Assembly: GCF_000354175.2 (NCBI RefSeq)
Contig: NC_022349.1
Location: 2,280,001-2,312,000, forward strand
Source: Vibrio alginolyticus NBRC 15630 = ATCC 17749
GTDB taxonomy: Bacteria; Pseudomonadota; Gammaproteobacteria; Enterobacterales; Vibrionaceae
Length of the DNA stretch: 32,000 nucleotides
Reading direction: 5' to 3'
A program made the translations under genes and the position numbers. Within the stretch, counting starts at the first letter, position 1. Each line of letters begins with the position of its first letter. Under the pieces are notes generated by a model. That model was not told where the DNA came from, searched no databases, and saw only the letters and a list, made by a program, of their open reading frames with translations. Shown one piece after another: positions 1 to 8,841 of the stretch.

Positions 1-1142
1 TGCGCCTCAGCAAAGGCACTCATCGCATTCAGTTTGTGGGTTTCCACCTGCTTCTGTGGACCATCGTCTTTCTCATCCAACATACGACGCAGCCAACTGA
101 TGTCCGCTGGGTCATACAACATCATCGCTTCCGCAGGCAAACCATCACGCCCTGCACGACCGGTTTCCTGATAGTAGGACTCGATATTACGCGGGATATC
201 AAAGTGAACCACAAAACGCACGTTTGGTTTGTTGATGCCCATACCGAATGCCACGGTCGCCACTACAATTTGGATGTCATCACGTTGGAAAGCTTCTTGA
301 ACGTAAGCGCGCTCATCAGCGTCCATACCTGCGTGATAACCAGCAGCACGAATGTGGTTGTTGCACAGCTTCTCGGTCACCATCTCAACTTTCTTACGGC
401 TACCACAATAGATGATGCCGCAGTTACCCTTTTGGGTTTCCAGATAACGAACGATTTGCGAAACCGGCTTGTGCTTCTCAACTAAGTTGTAGCGAATGTT
501 AGGACGGTCGAAGCTGCCTAGGTAAACCTCTGGATTATTCAGTTGCAGACGCTCAAGAATATCTCGGCGCGTTGCATCATCCGCCGTCGCCGTCAGCGCC
601 ATAAATGGCACATGGGAAAACTGCTGCTTAAGTTGACCAAGCGCGGCATATTCTGGACGGAAATCGTGTCCCCACTGGGAAATACAATGCGCTTCATCGA
701 CAGCAATCATCGATAGCGGCAAGTTTTCCAAGCGCTCAATGAAATCACGCATCAATACGCGTTCTGGCGAGACGTACACCAACTTAAGATGACCAGTGTG
801 CATGCGGTTATACACGCTGAGCAGCTCTTCACGAGGCATGGTCGAGTTAATGCACTCAGCCGCTACACCGTTGGCTTTAAGCTGGTCTACTTGGTCCTTC
901 ATCAGCGAGATAAGCGGAGAAATCACCAAAGTAATGCCAGAGCGAACCAAAGCAGGAATTTGATAGCACAGCGACTTACCGCCACCAGTAGGCAGGATAA
1001 CTAAGCTGTCGCGACCTTCTACCGCGGCATCAATCACCAACTGCTGACCATCACGGAACTCTTGGTAACCAAACACATCCTCCAACACACGTTGAGGCGT
1101 TACAGGCGAGTCTGATTGTTCGGCTAACAAGGTCGAGGTCAT
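1..1142 (-). CDS. recQ: ATP-dependent DNA helicase RecQ, N-terminal ~380 codons; the gene runs off the left edge of the window
   Basis: Absent from the ORF track because it is open at the window edge. Manual minus-strand translation from the ATG (complement of 1140-1142) gives MTSTLLAEQSDSPVTPQRVLEDVFGYQEFRDGQQLVIDAAVEGRDSLVILPTGGGKSLCYQIPAL...MIAVDEAHCISQWGHDFRPEY...MALTATADDATRRDI...VATVAFGMGINKPNVRFVVHFDIPRNIESYYQETGRAGRDG. These are the Walker A, DEAH and later SF2 motifs in RecQ order, with no stop down to position 1. Confidence 0.93.
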   Translation of the reverse strand, partial: MTSTLLAEQSDSPVTPQRVLEDVFGYQEFRDGQQLVIDAAVEGRDSLVILPTGGGKSLCYQIPALVRSGITLVISPLISLMKDQVDQLKANGVAAECINSTMPREELLSVYNRMHTGHLKLVYVSPERVLMRDFIERLENLPLSMIAVDEAHCISQWGHDFRPEYAALGQLKQQFSHVPFMALTATADDATRRDILERLQLNNPEVYLGSFDRPNIRYNLVEKHKPVSQIVRYLETQKGNCGIIYCGSRKKVEMVTEKLCNNHIRAAGYHAGMDADERAYVQEAFQRDDIQIVVATVAFGMGINKPNVRFVVHFDIPRNIESYYQETGRAGRDGLPAEAMMLYDPADISWLRRMLDEKDDGPQKQVETHKLNAMSAFAEA

Positions 1143-1320
1143 GAAAAGTCTCAGATTGGGTCTTAAAAAAGAGGTGCTTATGCATACCACTGGCACACAA
1201 AGTGAGGGCACATTGTAATGGGGTTTCATGGTGAATAAAACCGCAAATTGTTAGGTGTTTCGCATCACGACTCGTATACTGATTTTCTGCTCTATAAAAC
1301 ACACAATTAGGTGACACTTC

Positions 1321-2238
1321 ATGACACCAGAAGACGAACAACAACGCGCGCGGCAAGGTATCTTGCTAGCGATTGGCGCGTATACCATGTGGGGCATTGC
1401 GCCGATGTACTTTAAGTCCATCGCACAAGTATCTCCTTTGGAAATTCTAAGCCACCGAGTGATATGGTCTTTCTTTTTGCTTGCTGCACTCCTCCATTTT
1501 GGCCGTCACTGGCGCTCGGCTTACCACATCGCGAAAGACAAAACGAAAATCGCTTACCTGATCGCAAGTTCCATGCTAATTGGCGGCAATTGGTTGATTT
1601 TCATTTGGGCGGTAAACTCGAATCATATGCTCGACGCCAGCTTAGGTTATTACATTAACCCACTGATCAACGTCTTACTCGGGATGGTATTTTTGGGAGA
1701 GAGACTGCGTAAATTACAGTGGTTCGCGGTTGTATTGGCAGGTTGTGGCGTACTCGTTCAACTGATTGTATTTGGCTCCGTACCTGTTGTTGCGATGGCG
1801 TTAGCAATGAGCTTCGGCTTTTATGGCTTATTAAGAAAGAAAGTCAGTGTCGATGCAAAAACTGGCTTGTTTATCGAGACATTACTTCTACTGCCAGTGG
1901 CCGCTGTTTATTTGCTTTTTATTGCCGATACACCAACCTCAAATATGCTTACGAATCCACTTACGTTAAATAGTTTGTTGATCGCGGCTGGGGTTATAAC
2001 AACCCTGCCACTGCTGTGCTTTACGGGTGCAGCAACAAGACTCAAATTATCGACTTTGGGCTTTTTCCAATATATAGGCCCAAGCTTAATGTTTTTACTT
2101 GCAGTATTGATGTATGGCGAACCCTTTACCATGGATAAAGCGATCACTTTCGTCTTTATTTGGGGAGCACTAGTCGTGTTTAGCTTTGATGGATTACGTA
2201 ATAACCGTCGCTCACGCCGAATCGTTCAGCCACAGTGA
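1321..2238 (+). CDS. rarD: EamA-family transporter RarD
   Basis: 305-aa ORF with about 10 predicted TM segments. Collinear with E. coli RarD as I remember it (QGILLAIGAYTMWGIAPMYFK, HRVIWSFF, GGNWLIFIWAVN, LGYYINPL, GFFQYIGPSLMFLLAV). Divergent from recQ, and recQ and rarD are also close neighbours in E. coli. Confidence 0.88.
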   Translation: MTPEDEQQRARQGILLAIGAYTMWGIAPMYFKSIAQVSPLEILSHRVIWSFFLLAALLHFGRHWRSAYHIAKDKTKIAYLIASSMLIGGNWLIFIWAVNSNHMLDASLGYYINPLINVLLGMVFLGERLRKLQWFAVVLAGCGVLVQLIVFGSVPVVAMALAMSFGFYGLLRKKVSVDAKTGLFIETLLLLPVAAVYLLFIADTPTSNMLTNPLTLNSLLIAAGVITTLPLLCFTGAATRLKLSTLGFFQYIGPSLMFLLAVLMYGEPFTMDKAITFVFIWGALVVFSFDGLRNNRRSRRIVQPQ

Positions 2239-2309
2239 TCGTTTTTTACAAGACAAGTTAGAAATTGCCAGATAAGCTTGGTCATAATGTGACCAAGCTT
2301 TTTTATTTA

Positions 2310-3107
2310 ATGGAACATATTCAGTACTACGCAACCGACCATGACAACTTGAGTCTAATAGAGGCGAAATACCAGAAATTTGCTTTTCAAAGGCATTACC
2401 ATCTGGATTTTCATCTCGGCCTGATCACGCATGGCGCGCAGAAGTTCCAATACCAAGGTAACAGCCACCAAGTTGGTCACGGGCAAATAGTGATTATGCC
2501 GCCAGATGAGCTGCACGACGGGCAATCTAAGCTCGAAAGTGGCTATGAAGTGAATGTATTTGCGATCGAACCTCACCTATTGAGCGATCTGGCTGATCTT
2601 AAGCAAAACGGTCAAATAATACACTTCAACGAGCTGATCATCTCGGATCCACAGATATTTTCACAACTTAGTAACTTACATGGGCTACTTCGTCGTGAAA
2701 ATCTCAGCCAACTCACCAAAGATTGCCTTCCTTTTGAAGGATTTAACCAGCTTTTTGATCGCTACGGATCGCTTGAGCGACAAAAAGTAGTACCACTTGG
2801 GAATCAATCGCTTGGGACGTTAAAAGATTATCTAATGGCAAACCTCGACCAAGCGGTGCGTTTGGATTCACTTTCAGAGCTGTGCCAACTGAGCCCAACT
2901 CAGTTCCAGCGCCACTTTAAAGCGCAAACCGGCATGACGCCTTATGCATGGTTCGCACGCCTGCGCCTTGAACAAGGCATGAAGTTACTGCAATCAGGTC
3001 AATGTGGTACCGACGTTGCCCATCAGATCGGTTTCTACGATCAAGCGCATTTCAGCAAAGCGTTTAAGCAGACCTACGGCGTTTCCCCTTCTCAAGTGGC
3101 TCGTTAA
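2310..3107 (+). CDS. AraC-family transcriptional regulator (cupin-type sensor domain plus C-terminal HTH)
   Basis: The ORF-track frame 2265..3107 begins at TTG; I prefer the first ATG at 2310 (MEHIQYY). The C-terminus LSELCQLSPTQFQRHFKAQTGMTPYAWFARLRLEQGMKLL...IGFYDQAHFSKAFKQTYGVSPSQ is a typical AraC double HTH. The N-terminus has a cupin-like HYHLDFHLGLITHG...IVIMPPDELHDG. Confidence 0.82.
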   Translation: MEHIQYYATDHDNLSLIEAKYQKFAFQRHYHLDFHLGLITHGAQKFQYQGNSHQVGHGQIVIMPPDELHDGQSKLESGYEVNVFAIEPHLLSDLADLKQNGQIIHFNELIISDPQIFSQLSNLHGLLRRENLSQLTKDCLPFEGFNQLFDRYGSLERQKVVPLGNQSLGTLKDYLMANLDQAVRLDSLSELCQLSPTQFQRHFKAQTGMTPYAWFARLRLEQGMKLLQSGQCGTDVAHQIGFYDQAHFSKAFKQTYGVSPSQVAR

Positions 3108-3198
3108 TTTCATTTACCGAGAAAGCTGTCAGTTTTTTACAAGCGCCACAGGTGACTTACCACGACAATAGCCGCATTGGTTAAATTTGAGATGTGTT

Positions 3199-3858
3199 AT
3201 GAATGAATCCACCATATTGCTGACACTCGCCAGCATTCACTTTATTGCCCTAATGAGTCCAGGTCCGGACTTTGCGCTGGTCGTACAAAATGCGACGCGT
3301 CATGGTCGTCAAACTGGCTTGTACATTGCGTTGGGATTGTCCGTCGGTATTTTGCTGCACTCTTTGTTCAGCCTGACAGGTGTGAGTTTTGTCGTCCACC
3401 AGCACCCAGTGCTGTATTCCGTGGTACAACTGCTCGGTGGTAGTTACCTGCTCTACTTAGGAATTGGCGCATTGCGTGCCGTGATCTCGATGATCCAAAA
3501 CCCACAGACGGATCAACCTAAGAAGCAAAATAACCTAGTGATCAGCAATAAGCGTCAAGCGTTTGCTAAAGGGTTTGCGACCAACATTCTTAACCCAAAA
3601 GCCCTGGTGTTCTTTGTCAGTTTGATGTCGAGTTTAGTCCCAGCAGGTATGTCGATTACTGGCAAAGGTATTGCACTGGTCATCCTGTTTGGCTTGTCGC
3701 TATTCTGGTTCTCTAGCCTTGCATGGATGCTGTCGACACAGCGCTTACAGCGTAAATTGCAACAAGCGGGTATCTACATCGACGGTCTATGCGGCGTGGT
3801 ATTTACTCTAGTGGGCGGCAGTATTCTATACCAAACTATCAATACTTTTATCGGATAA
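3199..3858 (+). CDS. LysE/RhtB-family amino-acid (homoserine/threonine-type) exporter
   Basis: ORF-track frame 3187..3858 (TTG); ATG at 3199 (MNESTILL) is preferred. About 6 TM segments, with the family N-terminal motif LMSPGPDFALVVQNA and NILNPKALVFF. rhtB/rhtC lie next to recQ in E. coli, so the neighbourhood fits. Confidence 0.8.
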   Translation: MNESTILLTLASIHFIALMSPGPDFALVVQNATRHGRQTGLYIALGLSVGILLHSLFSLTGVSFVVHQHPVLYSVVQLLGGSYLLYLGIGALRAVISMIQNPQTDQPKKQNNLVISNKRQAFAKGFATNILNPKALVFFVSLMSSLVPAGMSITGKGIALVILFGLSLFWFSSLAWMLSTQRLQRKLQQAGIYIDGLCGVVFTLVGGSILYQTINTFIG

Positions 3859-3969
3859 AGTACTGATTTAAAAGCGTAGCACAATCGACATTTCTAAGAT
3901 TGCTGACTCGACGTGACTCTCCATAACTGCCAAGCTCAAAGCACAAAACTGGCAACATGGAGAGTCATC

Positions 3970-5736
3970 ATGCATTGGACGTTCAACCGACTCGTGACCA
4001 CGGGTCTTTTTCTTACTTCCCCACTCGTCTTATCTACCCCAACCTTTGCTAACCAAGCAGCAGATGCGGTTGCGCCGGAGCACAGCACTGGCTTCGAGCA
4101 AAAACAACTGGTCAAAGCGAAAGATTATATGGTTACCGCTGCTAACCCAATTGCAACCCAAACTGGTGCGGATGTTATTGCCCAAGGTGGTAATGCTATT
4201 GATGCTATGGTTGCCGTGCAGCTGATGCTGGGCTTGGTAGAACCGCAATCATCAGGTATTGGTGGTGGCGCCTTCTTAGTTTATTGGGACAGTGAGAAAC
4301 AAAAACTGACTACGTATGATGGACGCGAGACCGCACCGCTCGCCGCAACGCCGAAACTCTTCCTAGATGACAAAGGACAACCACTGCAATTTTACGATGC
4401 GGTTGTCGGTGGGCGTTCCGTTGCCACTCCTGGCACAGTGAAACTACTTTGGGACACGCACCAGAAATACGGCAAGTTGGAATGGAAGAAGATAATCCAA
4501 CCCGTGATTACCTTGGCTGAGCAAGGTTTCGAAGTCAGTCCTCGCCTCGCGAGTCTGATTGAGAAAGATGCCAAGCGCCTATCTCGCTTCCCTGCGACTA
4601 AGGCTTACTTCTTCAATCCAGATGGCTCACCAAAAGCCGAAGGCACGTTGTTGAAGAACCCTGAATACGCGCAAACTCTGACGGCAATTGCAGAGCAAGG
4701 GGCAAAAGCTTTCTATCAAGGCGATATCGCCACAGACATCATCAAGACAGTACAGAATGCACCGGGCAATCCTGGCGTATTGGCACAACCTGACTTTGAT
4801 GCGTTCCAAATCAAGCAACGTGAGCCGGTTTGTGCGGCTTATCAAAGCTATGGTATCTGCGGCATGGGACCACCTAGCTCTGGCGCATTGACGGTTGGAC
4901 AGATTCTCGCGATCACCGAGCAATACGATCTTAAAGGTTGGGGAGCCGAAAGCGCGAAATCATGGCAAGTGATCGCCGATGCATCGCGCCTTGCGTTCGC
5001 GGATCGTGGTAAATACATGGCTGACCAAGATTATGTGCCAATGCCAACCGAAGGCTTACTTGATAAAGATTATCTCAAGCAACGTGCTGAGCTCATTCAA
5101 GTCGGTAAAGCCTTGAGTAAGGCTGAAGCCGGTAATCCTCCTTGGTCGCACGCCATGAACTTAAGCATGGACCAATCGATCGAGCTGCCTTCCACCAGCC
5201 ATTTCAATATCGTCGATAAGCAAGGCAATGTGGTTTCAATGACAACAACCATTGAGAACGCCTTTGGCTCACGCTTGATGGTACGCGGCTTCTTGCTCAA
5301 TAACGAACTGACCGATTTCTCTTTCCGCACGCATCAAGATGGTGTGCCAATCGCGAACCGCTTAGAACCGGGAAAACGCCCACGTTCATCCATGGCACCA
5401 ACCATTATGATGAAGGATGACAAACCTTACATGGCAATTGGCTCACCGGGTGGCAGCCGCATTATTGGTTACGTCGCACAAGCCATTATCGCCCACACGC
5501 AATGGGATATGGACATCCAAAGCGCGATTAATCAGCCACGATTGCTGAACCGTTTTGGCACCTTAGATATTGAGCAAGGTACCGCCGCAGAGGGCTTACA
5601 GCCTGCTCTGGAGAAGATGGGCTTTAAAACCGATGTTCGGGATTTGAACTCTGGTCTGCATGCGATACGAATAACAAAAGACGGTCTTGAAGGCGCTGCG
5701 GATCCAAGACGTGAAGGTGCCGCTATCGGGCAGTAA
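3970..5736 (+). CDS. ggt: Gamma-glutamyltransferase (periplasmic, autoprocessing)
   Basis: ORF-track frame 3913..5736 starts at GTG; the ATG at 3970 is preceded by GGAGAG and opens a signal peptide (MHWTFNRLVTTGLFLTSPLVLSTPTFA). GGT hallmarks are present: SGIGGGAFL, the nucleophile region PSTSHFNIVDKQGNVVSMTTTIENAFGS, and MAPTIM...GSPGGSRII. Confidence 0.92.
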   Translation: MHWTFNRLVTTGLFLTSPLVLSTPTFANQAADAVAPEHSTGFEQKQLVKAKDYMVTAANPIATQTGADVIAQGGNAIDAMVAVQLMLGLVEPQSSGIGGGAFLVYWDSEKQKLTTYDGRETAPLAATPKLFLDDKGQPLQFYDAVVGGRSVATPGTVKLLWDTHQKYGKLEWKKIIQPVITLAEQGFEVSPRLASLIEKDAKRLSRFPATKAYFFNPDGSPKAEGTLLKNPEYAQTLTAIAEQGAKAFYQGDIATDIIKTVQNAPGNPGVLAQPDFDAFQIKQREPVCAAYQSYGICGMGPPSSGALTVGQILAITEQYDLKGWGAESAKSWQVIADASRLAFADRGKYMADQDYVPMPTEGLLDKDYLKQRAELIQVGKALSKAEAGNPPWSHAMNLSMDQSIELPSTSHFNIVDKQGNVVSMTTTIENAFGSRLMVRGFLLNNELTDFSFRTHQDGVPIANRLEPGKRPRSSMAPTIMMKDDKPYMAIGSPGGSRIIGYVAQAIIAHTQWDMDIQSAINQPRLLNRFGTLDIEQGTAAEGLQPALEKMGFKTDVRDLNSGLHAIRITKDGLEGAADPRREGAAIGQ

Positions 5737-5899
5737 GAGTCTTTCGCTCGACCCCTTGTGCGAGATCTCTCACAAAGGGTTGAGCAAACCTCTCTTTTTT
5801 AATGGTAAAACCGTACAGAAAAGAGCATAAGCCATTGAATTTAATACTCATGTATCTTTTTTGAACGCTAAGAGAGTTAAAAAATGTGAGATTAGCCCG

Positions 5900-5928
5900 T
5901 TGTTGGAAATCGTTAAACACGTAATATT
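5900..5928 (+). promoter_or_regulatory. Candidate sigma70 promoter of the GGA-repeat sRNA (TTGTTG-17 nt-TAATAT)
   Basis: TTGTTG at 5900-5905 and TAATAT at 5923-5928 with a 17-nt spacer, ending about 7-10 nt before the first GGA motifs. Placed by eye only. Confidence 0.4.
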
Positions 5929-5934
5929 AAACCT

Positions 5935-6356
5935 GTCGGAAGGATGCTGACACGGAACAGGAAACACCACGGACTTGGTGAACTTCAGGAAGAAGAAACG
6001 GTTATTCAGGATGAATAGTCGGGCATGGATTGCAAAATTGGACATTGAAGGGAATCAATAGTGACTAGGATGGTTGCTACTAAGGACGGGAAATGGACAC
6101 CTCTGGACGAGGCAAGGATTTGAACATCAGGATGATGTCAGGGACACCGCTCAGGGAACAAGTGATGAGAGCTAACGAGGATAGTTAGCAGACCAGGATA
6201 AGGTCATTAAGGACACCGCTAGGAAGGCGACGTAAGGATTAAGCTGACGGATTCAGCACACTATCATGGATTAGATGCATGGAGCACTCTTAGTAGCTGG
6301 ATTGCTGCGAGTAAGACTATAACCCCGATGGGCGCAAGCCCTCGGGGTTTTTCTTT
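5935..6356 (+). ncRNA. csrB: CsrB/CsrC/RsmB-family CsrA-sequestering small RNA (GGA-repeat sponge)
   Basis: I count 28 GGA between 5938 and 6303, against about 6 expected. Several sit in loops of short perfect stems: TATTC-AGGAT-GAATA 6003-6017, CATC-AGGAT-GATG 6125-6137, GCTAAC-GAGGATA-GTTAGC 6171-6189, GACC-AGGATAA-GGTC 6191-6205, GCTGA-CGGAT-TCAGC 6243-6257. No credible ORF. The region ends in a strong intrinsic terminator. The 5' end is approximate. Confidence 0.78.
6321..6356 (+). terminator. Rho-independent terminator of the GGA-repeat sRNA
   Basis: AACCCCGA-T-GGGC-GCAA-GCCC-TCGGGGTT, a 12-bp stem with one bulge and a GNRA loop, followed by TTTTCTTT. Confidence 0.85.
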
Positions 6357-6437
6357 GCCTAAAGTTTTTCTCATCTGCACCGTTAAATCGCGCTTTCGAA
6401 TTCCATTTTTTTACTGCTTTATCGACGCCAAAACCGC

Positions 6438-6467
6438 ACAAACAAAAAGAGCCGCCGAAGCAGCTCT
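6438..6467 (-). terminator. Rho-independent terminator on the minus strand, probably the displaced uvrD terminator
   Basis: The minus strand reads AGAGCUGC-UUCG-GCGGCUCU (8-bp stem, UUCG tetraloop; complement of 6448-6467) followed by UUUUUGUUUG. Confidence 0.7.
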
Positions 6468-6477
6468 TAAGTTGATG

Positions 6478-6639
6478 ATACCAATCACAGTAAATAAGTG
6501 ATCAGAAATAGCGTAGGGAAAATGCTTGAGAACAAGGCGCAATTTTTCGATAAGTAGTTATTCTACAATCAAAAATTGCAACGCAGTTATCGAGTATTTT
6601 AACAAGCTAGAATGACCAGTTATTTACTACGATTGGTAT
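6478..6639. repeat. 162-bp imperfect long-hairpin (MITE-like) element in the uvrD 3' region
   Basis: The outer arm 6478-6503 (ATACCAATCACAGTAAATAAGTGATC) matches the reverse complement of 6614-6639 (ATACCAATCGTAGTAAATAACTGGTC) at 22 of 26 positions. Complementarity continues inward (GCAATTTTT(C)GAT on both arms) to a small loop near 6555-6562. No ORF. Confidence 0.6.
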
Positions 6640-6655
6640 GAGTTTTGGTCAAGCC

Positions 6656-8830
6656 TTACAGTTTCTCTAGTCGTGCGTAAGCAGTTACCAACCATTTGAT
6701 GCCTTCACCGTTAAAGGCAATCTGTACACGGCTTTGTGGACCACTGCCTTCGAAGTTGATGATGGTGCCTTCACCAAACTTTGGATGCATCACACGAGAA
6801 CCTAGCGTAAAGCCGGTTTCATTAAAGCTCTCTTTCACAACAGTTTGGCTAAATCGACCACTGCTTGAAGGACGGCTAACTTGCGCCTTCATTCGTACTT
6901 CATCTAAACAAGTTTCTGGCAGTTCACGGATAAAGCGAGACGGTTTATGGTATTTATCCTGACCGTACAAACGACGCATTTCAGCATAAGTGATGTACAG
7001 TTTCTGCATTGCACGGGTCATGCCTACGTAACACAGACGGCGTTCTTCTTCTAAGCGCCCTGCTTCTTCTGCCGACATTTGGCTTGGGAACATGCCTTCT
7101 TCCACACCGACCATAAACACCAATGGGAACTCTAGACCTTTCGCACTGTGTAATGTCATGAGCTGAACCGCATCTTCAAATTCGTCCGCTTGTCCTTCGC
7201 CCGCTTCTAGTGCTGCGTGGGTTAGGAATGCCGTCAGCAGTGACATGTCTTCGGCTTCTTCTGGTTTCTCGAATTGGCGAGTTGCGGTCACCAATTCCTC
7301 CAAGTTCTCAATACGTGCCTTAGACTTTTCGCCCTTCTCTTGCTCGTACATCGCGAACAAGCCCGAGTATTTAATTACATGGTCAGTTTGGTGATGCAGC
7401 GGCATCTCTAAGGTGTCGTCTTCTAGCGCGGTGACAAGCTCGATAAAACGGCTCAGAGCACCAGCAGCGCGACCAGCAAGCACCTTCTCGTCCAACATAG
7501 CTACACTCGCTTCCCACATGGTGCAACCACGGTCACGAGCCGCAAAACGGATGGTTTCAAGCGTCTTATCGCCCAAACCACGCGTTGGCGTATTCACCAC
7601 ACGTTCAAACGCTGCATCATCGTTACGGTTGGCAATCAGACGCATGTAGCTCAAGGCATCTTTGATTTCCTGACGTTCGAAGAATCGCATGCCGCCATAG
7701 ATACGATAAGGCAGACCGGCTTGAATTAACGCTTCTTCCAGAACACGCGACTGGGCGTTGTTACGGTAAAGCATCGCAGCGTCATTCAGAGCACCGCCCT
7801 TGTCTTGCCACTCTTTGATTTTGTTCACCGCAAAACGGGCTTCATCTAATTCGTTGTAAGCGCTGTAAACCGAGATAGGCTCACCGACCACGCCATCCGT
7901 CCACAACTCTTTACCCATACGCTCGGTGTTATTCGCAATCAGGGTGTTAGATGCTTCCAGAATGGTCTTAGTGGAACGGTAGTTTTGCTCAAGACGAATG
8001 GTATTCACGCTTGGGAATTCGAGCGTAAACTTCTCAATGTTCTCGACTTTTGCACCACGCCAACCATAAATCGACTGGTCGTCATCACCTACGATCATCA
8101 CGTGACACTCAGGACCCGCCATCATACGTAGCCAAGCATATTGAATGTTGTTGGTATCTTGGAACTCATCCACCAAGATATGCTTAAAGCGTGCTTGGTA
8201 GTGTTCACGGACGAACTTGTTATCACGCAGTAGCTCATGTGCGCGCAGCAAGATTTCCGCAAAATCGACTAAACCAGCACGATCACACGCTTCTTGGTAA
8301 GCGGTGTACAACTGTAGATATGTCTTGGTTACTGGATCATGGTACGCATCAATGTGCGACGGGCGCAGACCTTCGTCTTTCTTACCGTTAATCCACCATG
8401 CCACTTGGCGTGCCGGCCACTGCTTCTCATCGAGGTTTTGCGCTTTAATCAAACGCTTTAGTAGACGCTGTTGGTCGTCACTGTCAATGATTTGGAAATC
8501 TTCCGGTAGCTTCGCATCAAGATAGTGTGCACGCAGAATACGGTGACAAATGCCGTGGAAAGTACCATTCCACATACCGCCTGCACTGCCCATCATTAGC
8601 TCTTCGATACGTCCACGCATCTCTGCCGCCGCCTTATTGGTAAAGGTTACCGACATAATTGAAAACGGAGAAGCTTGCTCGACCGACATCAGCCAAGCGA
8701 TACGGTGAACAAGAACGCGTGTCTTACCACTTCCTGCGCCAGCAAGAACGAGCAAGTTTTCTAGAGGTGCTGCAACGGCTTCACGTTGTTTATCGTTCAA
8801 ACCGTCGAGTAATAGAGATGGATCCATCAT
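6656..8830 (-). CDS. uvrD: DNA helicase II UvrD
   Basis: 724-aa ORF beginning MMDPSLLLDGLNDKQREAVAAPLENLLVLAGAGSGKTRVLVHRIAWLM, with Walker A, DEFQDT, QNYRS, and TLHSAKGLEFPLVFMVGVEEGMFP...EERRLCYVGMTRA. This is the UvrD/Rep SF1 motif order, and the length matches UvrD. Confidence 0.96.
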   Translation of the reverse strand: MMDPSLLLDGLNDKQREAVAAPLENLLVLAGAGSGKTRVLVHRIAWLMSVEQASPFSIMSVTFTNKAAAEMRGRIEELMMGSAGGMWNGTFHGICHRILRAHYLDAKLPEDFQIIDSDDQQRLLKRLIKAQNLDEKQWPARQVAWWINGKKDEGLRPSHIDAYHDPVTKTYLQLYTAYQEACDRAGLVDFAEILLRAHELLRDNKFVREHYQARFKHILVDEFQDTNNIQYAWLRMMAGPECHVMIVGDDDQSIYGWRGAKVENIEKFTLEFPSVNTIRLEQNYRSTKTILEASNTLIANNTERMGKELWTDGVVGEPISVYSAYNELDEARFAVNKIKEWQDKGGALNDAAMLYRNNAQSRVLEEALIQAGLPYRIYGGMRFFERQEIKDALSYMRLIANRNDDAAFERVVNTPTRGLGDKTLETIRFAARDRGCTMWEASVAMLDEKVLAGRAAGALSRFIELVTALEDDTLEMPLHHQTDHVIKYSGLFAMYEQEKGEKSKARIENLEELVTATRQFEKPEEAEDMSLLTAFLTHAALEAGEGQADEFEDAVQLMTLHSAKGLEFPLVFMVGVEEGMFPSQMSAEEAGRLEEERRLCYVGMTRAMQKLYITYAEMRRLYGQDKYHKPSRFIRELPETCLDEVRMKAQVSRPSSSGRFSQTVVKESFNETGFTLGSRVMHPKFGEGTIINFEGSGPQSRVQIAFNGEGIKWLVTAYARLEKL

Positions 8831-8841
8831 GATGAGAGCTA

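Noticed and set aside
36-1356. ORFs 36..485 (+), 789..1004 (+) and 1051..1356 (-).
   Set aside because: The first two are antisense to the clearly conserved recQ frame. The third spans the recQ 5' end, the recQ-rarD intergenic region and the rarD start, with no RBS and no recognisable protein features.
5753-5800. Hairpin CCCTTGTG...CACAAAGGG after ggt, as a possible intrinsic terminator.
   Set aside because: The stem is imperfect and the T-run (5793-5800) sits about 14 nt after the stem instead of adjacent to it, so a terminator call is not secure.
5885-5902. Possible VarA/GacA/UvrY box (TGTGAG-N6-CCGTTG) upstream of the sRNA.
   Set aside because: Only the left half resembles TGTAAG-N6-CTTACA, and the right half matches at 1 of 6 positions. 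I do not call it a binding site.
5723-6045. Two overlapping minus-strand 65-aa ORFs in the ggt-uvrD gap.
   Set aside because: They have no Shine-Dalgarno sequence, low-complexity composition, and overlap each other. They lie antisense to the promoter and 5' part of the GGA-repeat sRNA, which explains the region better.
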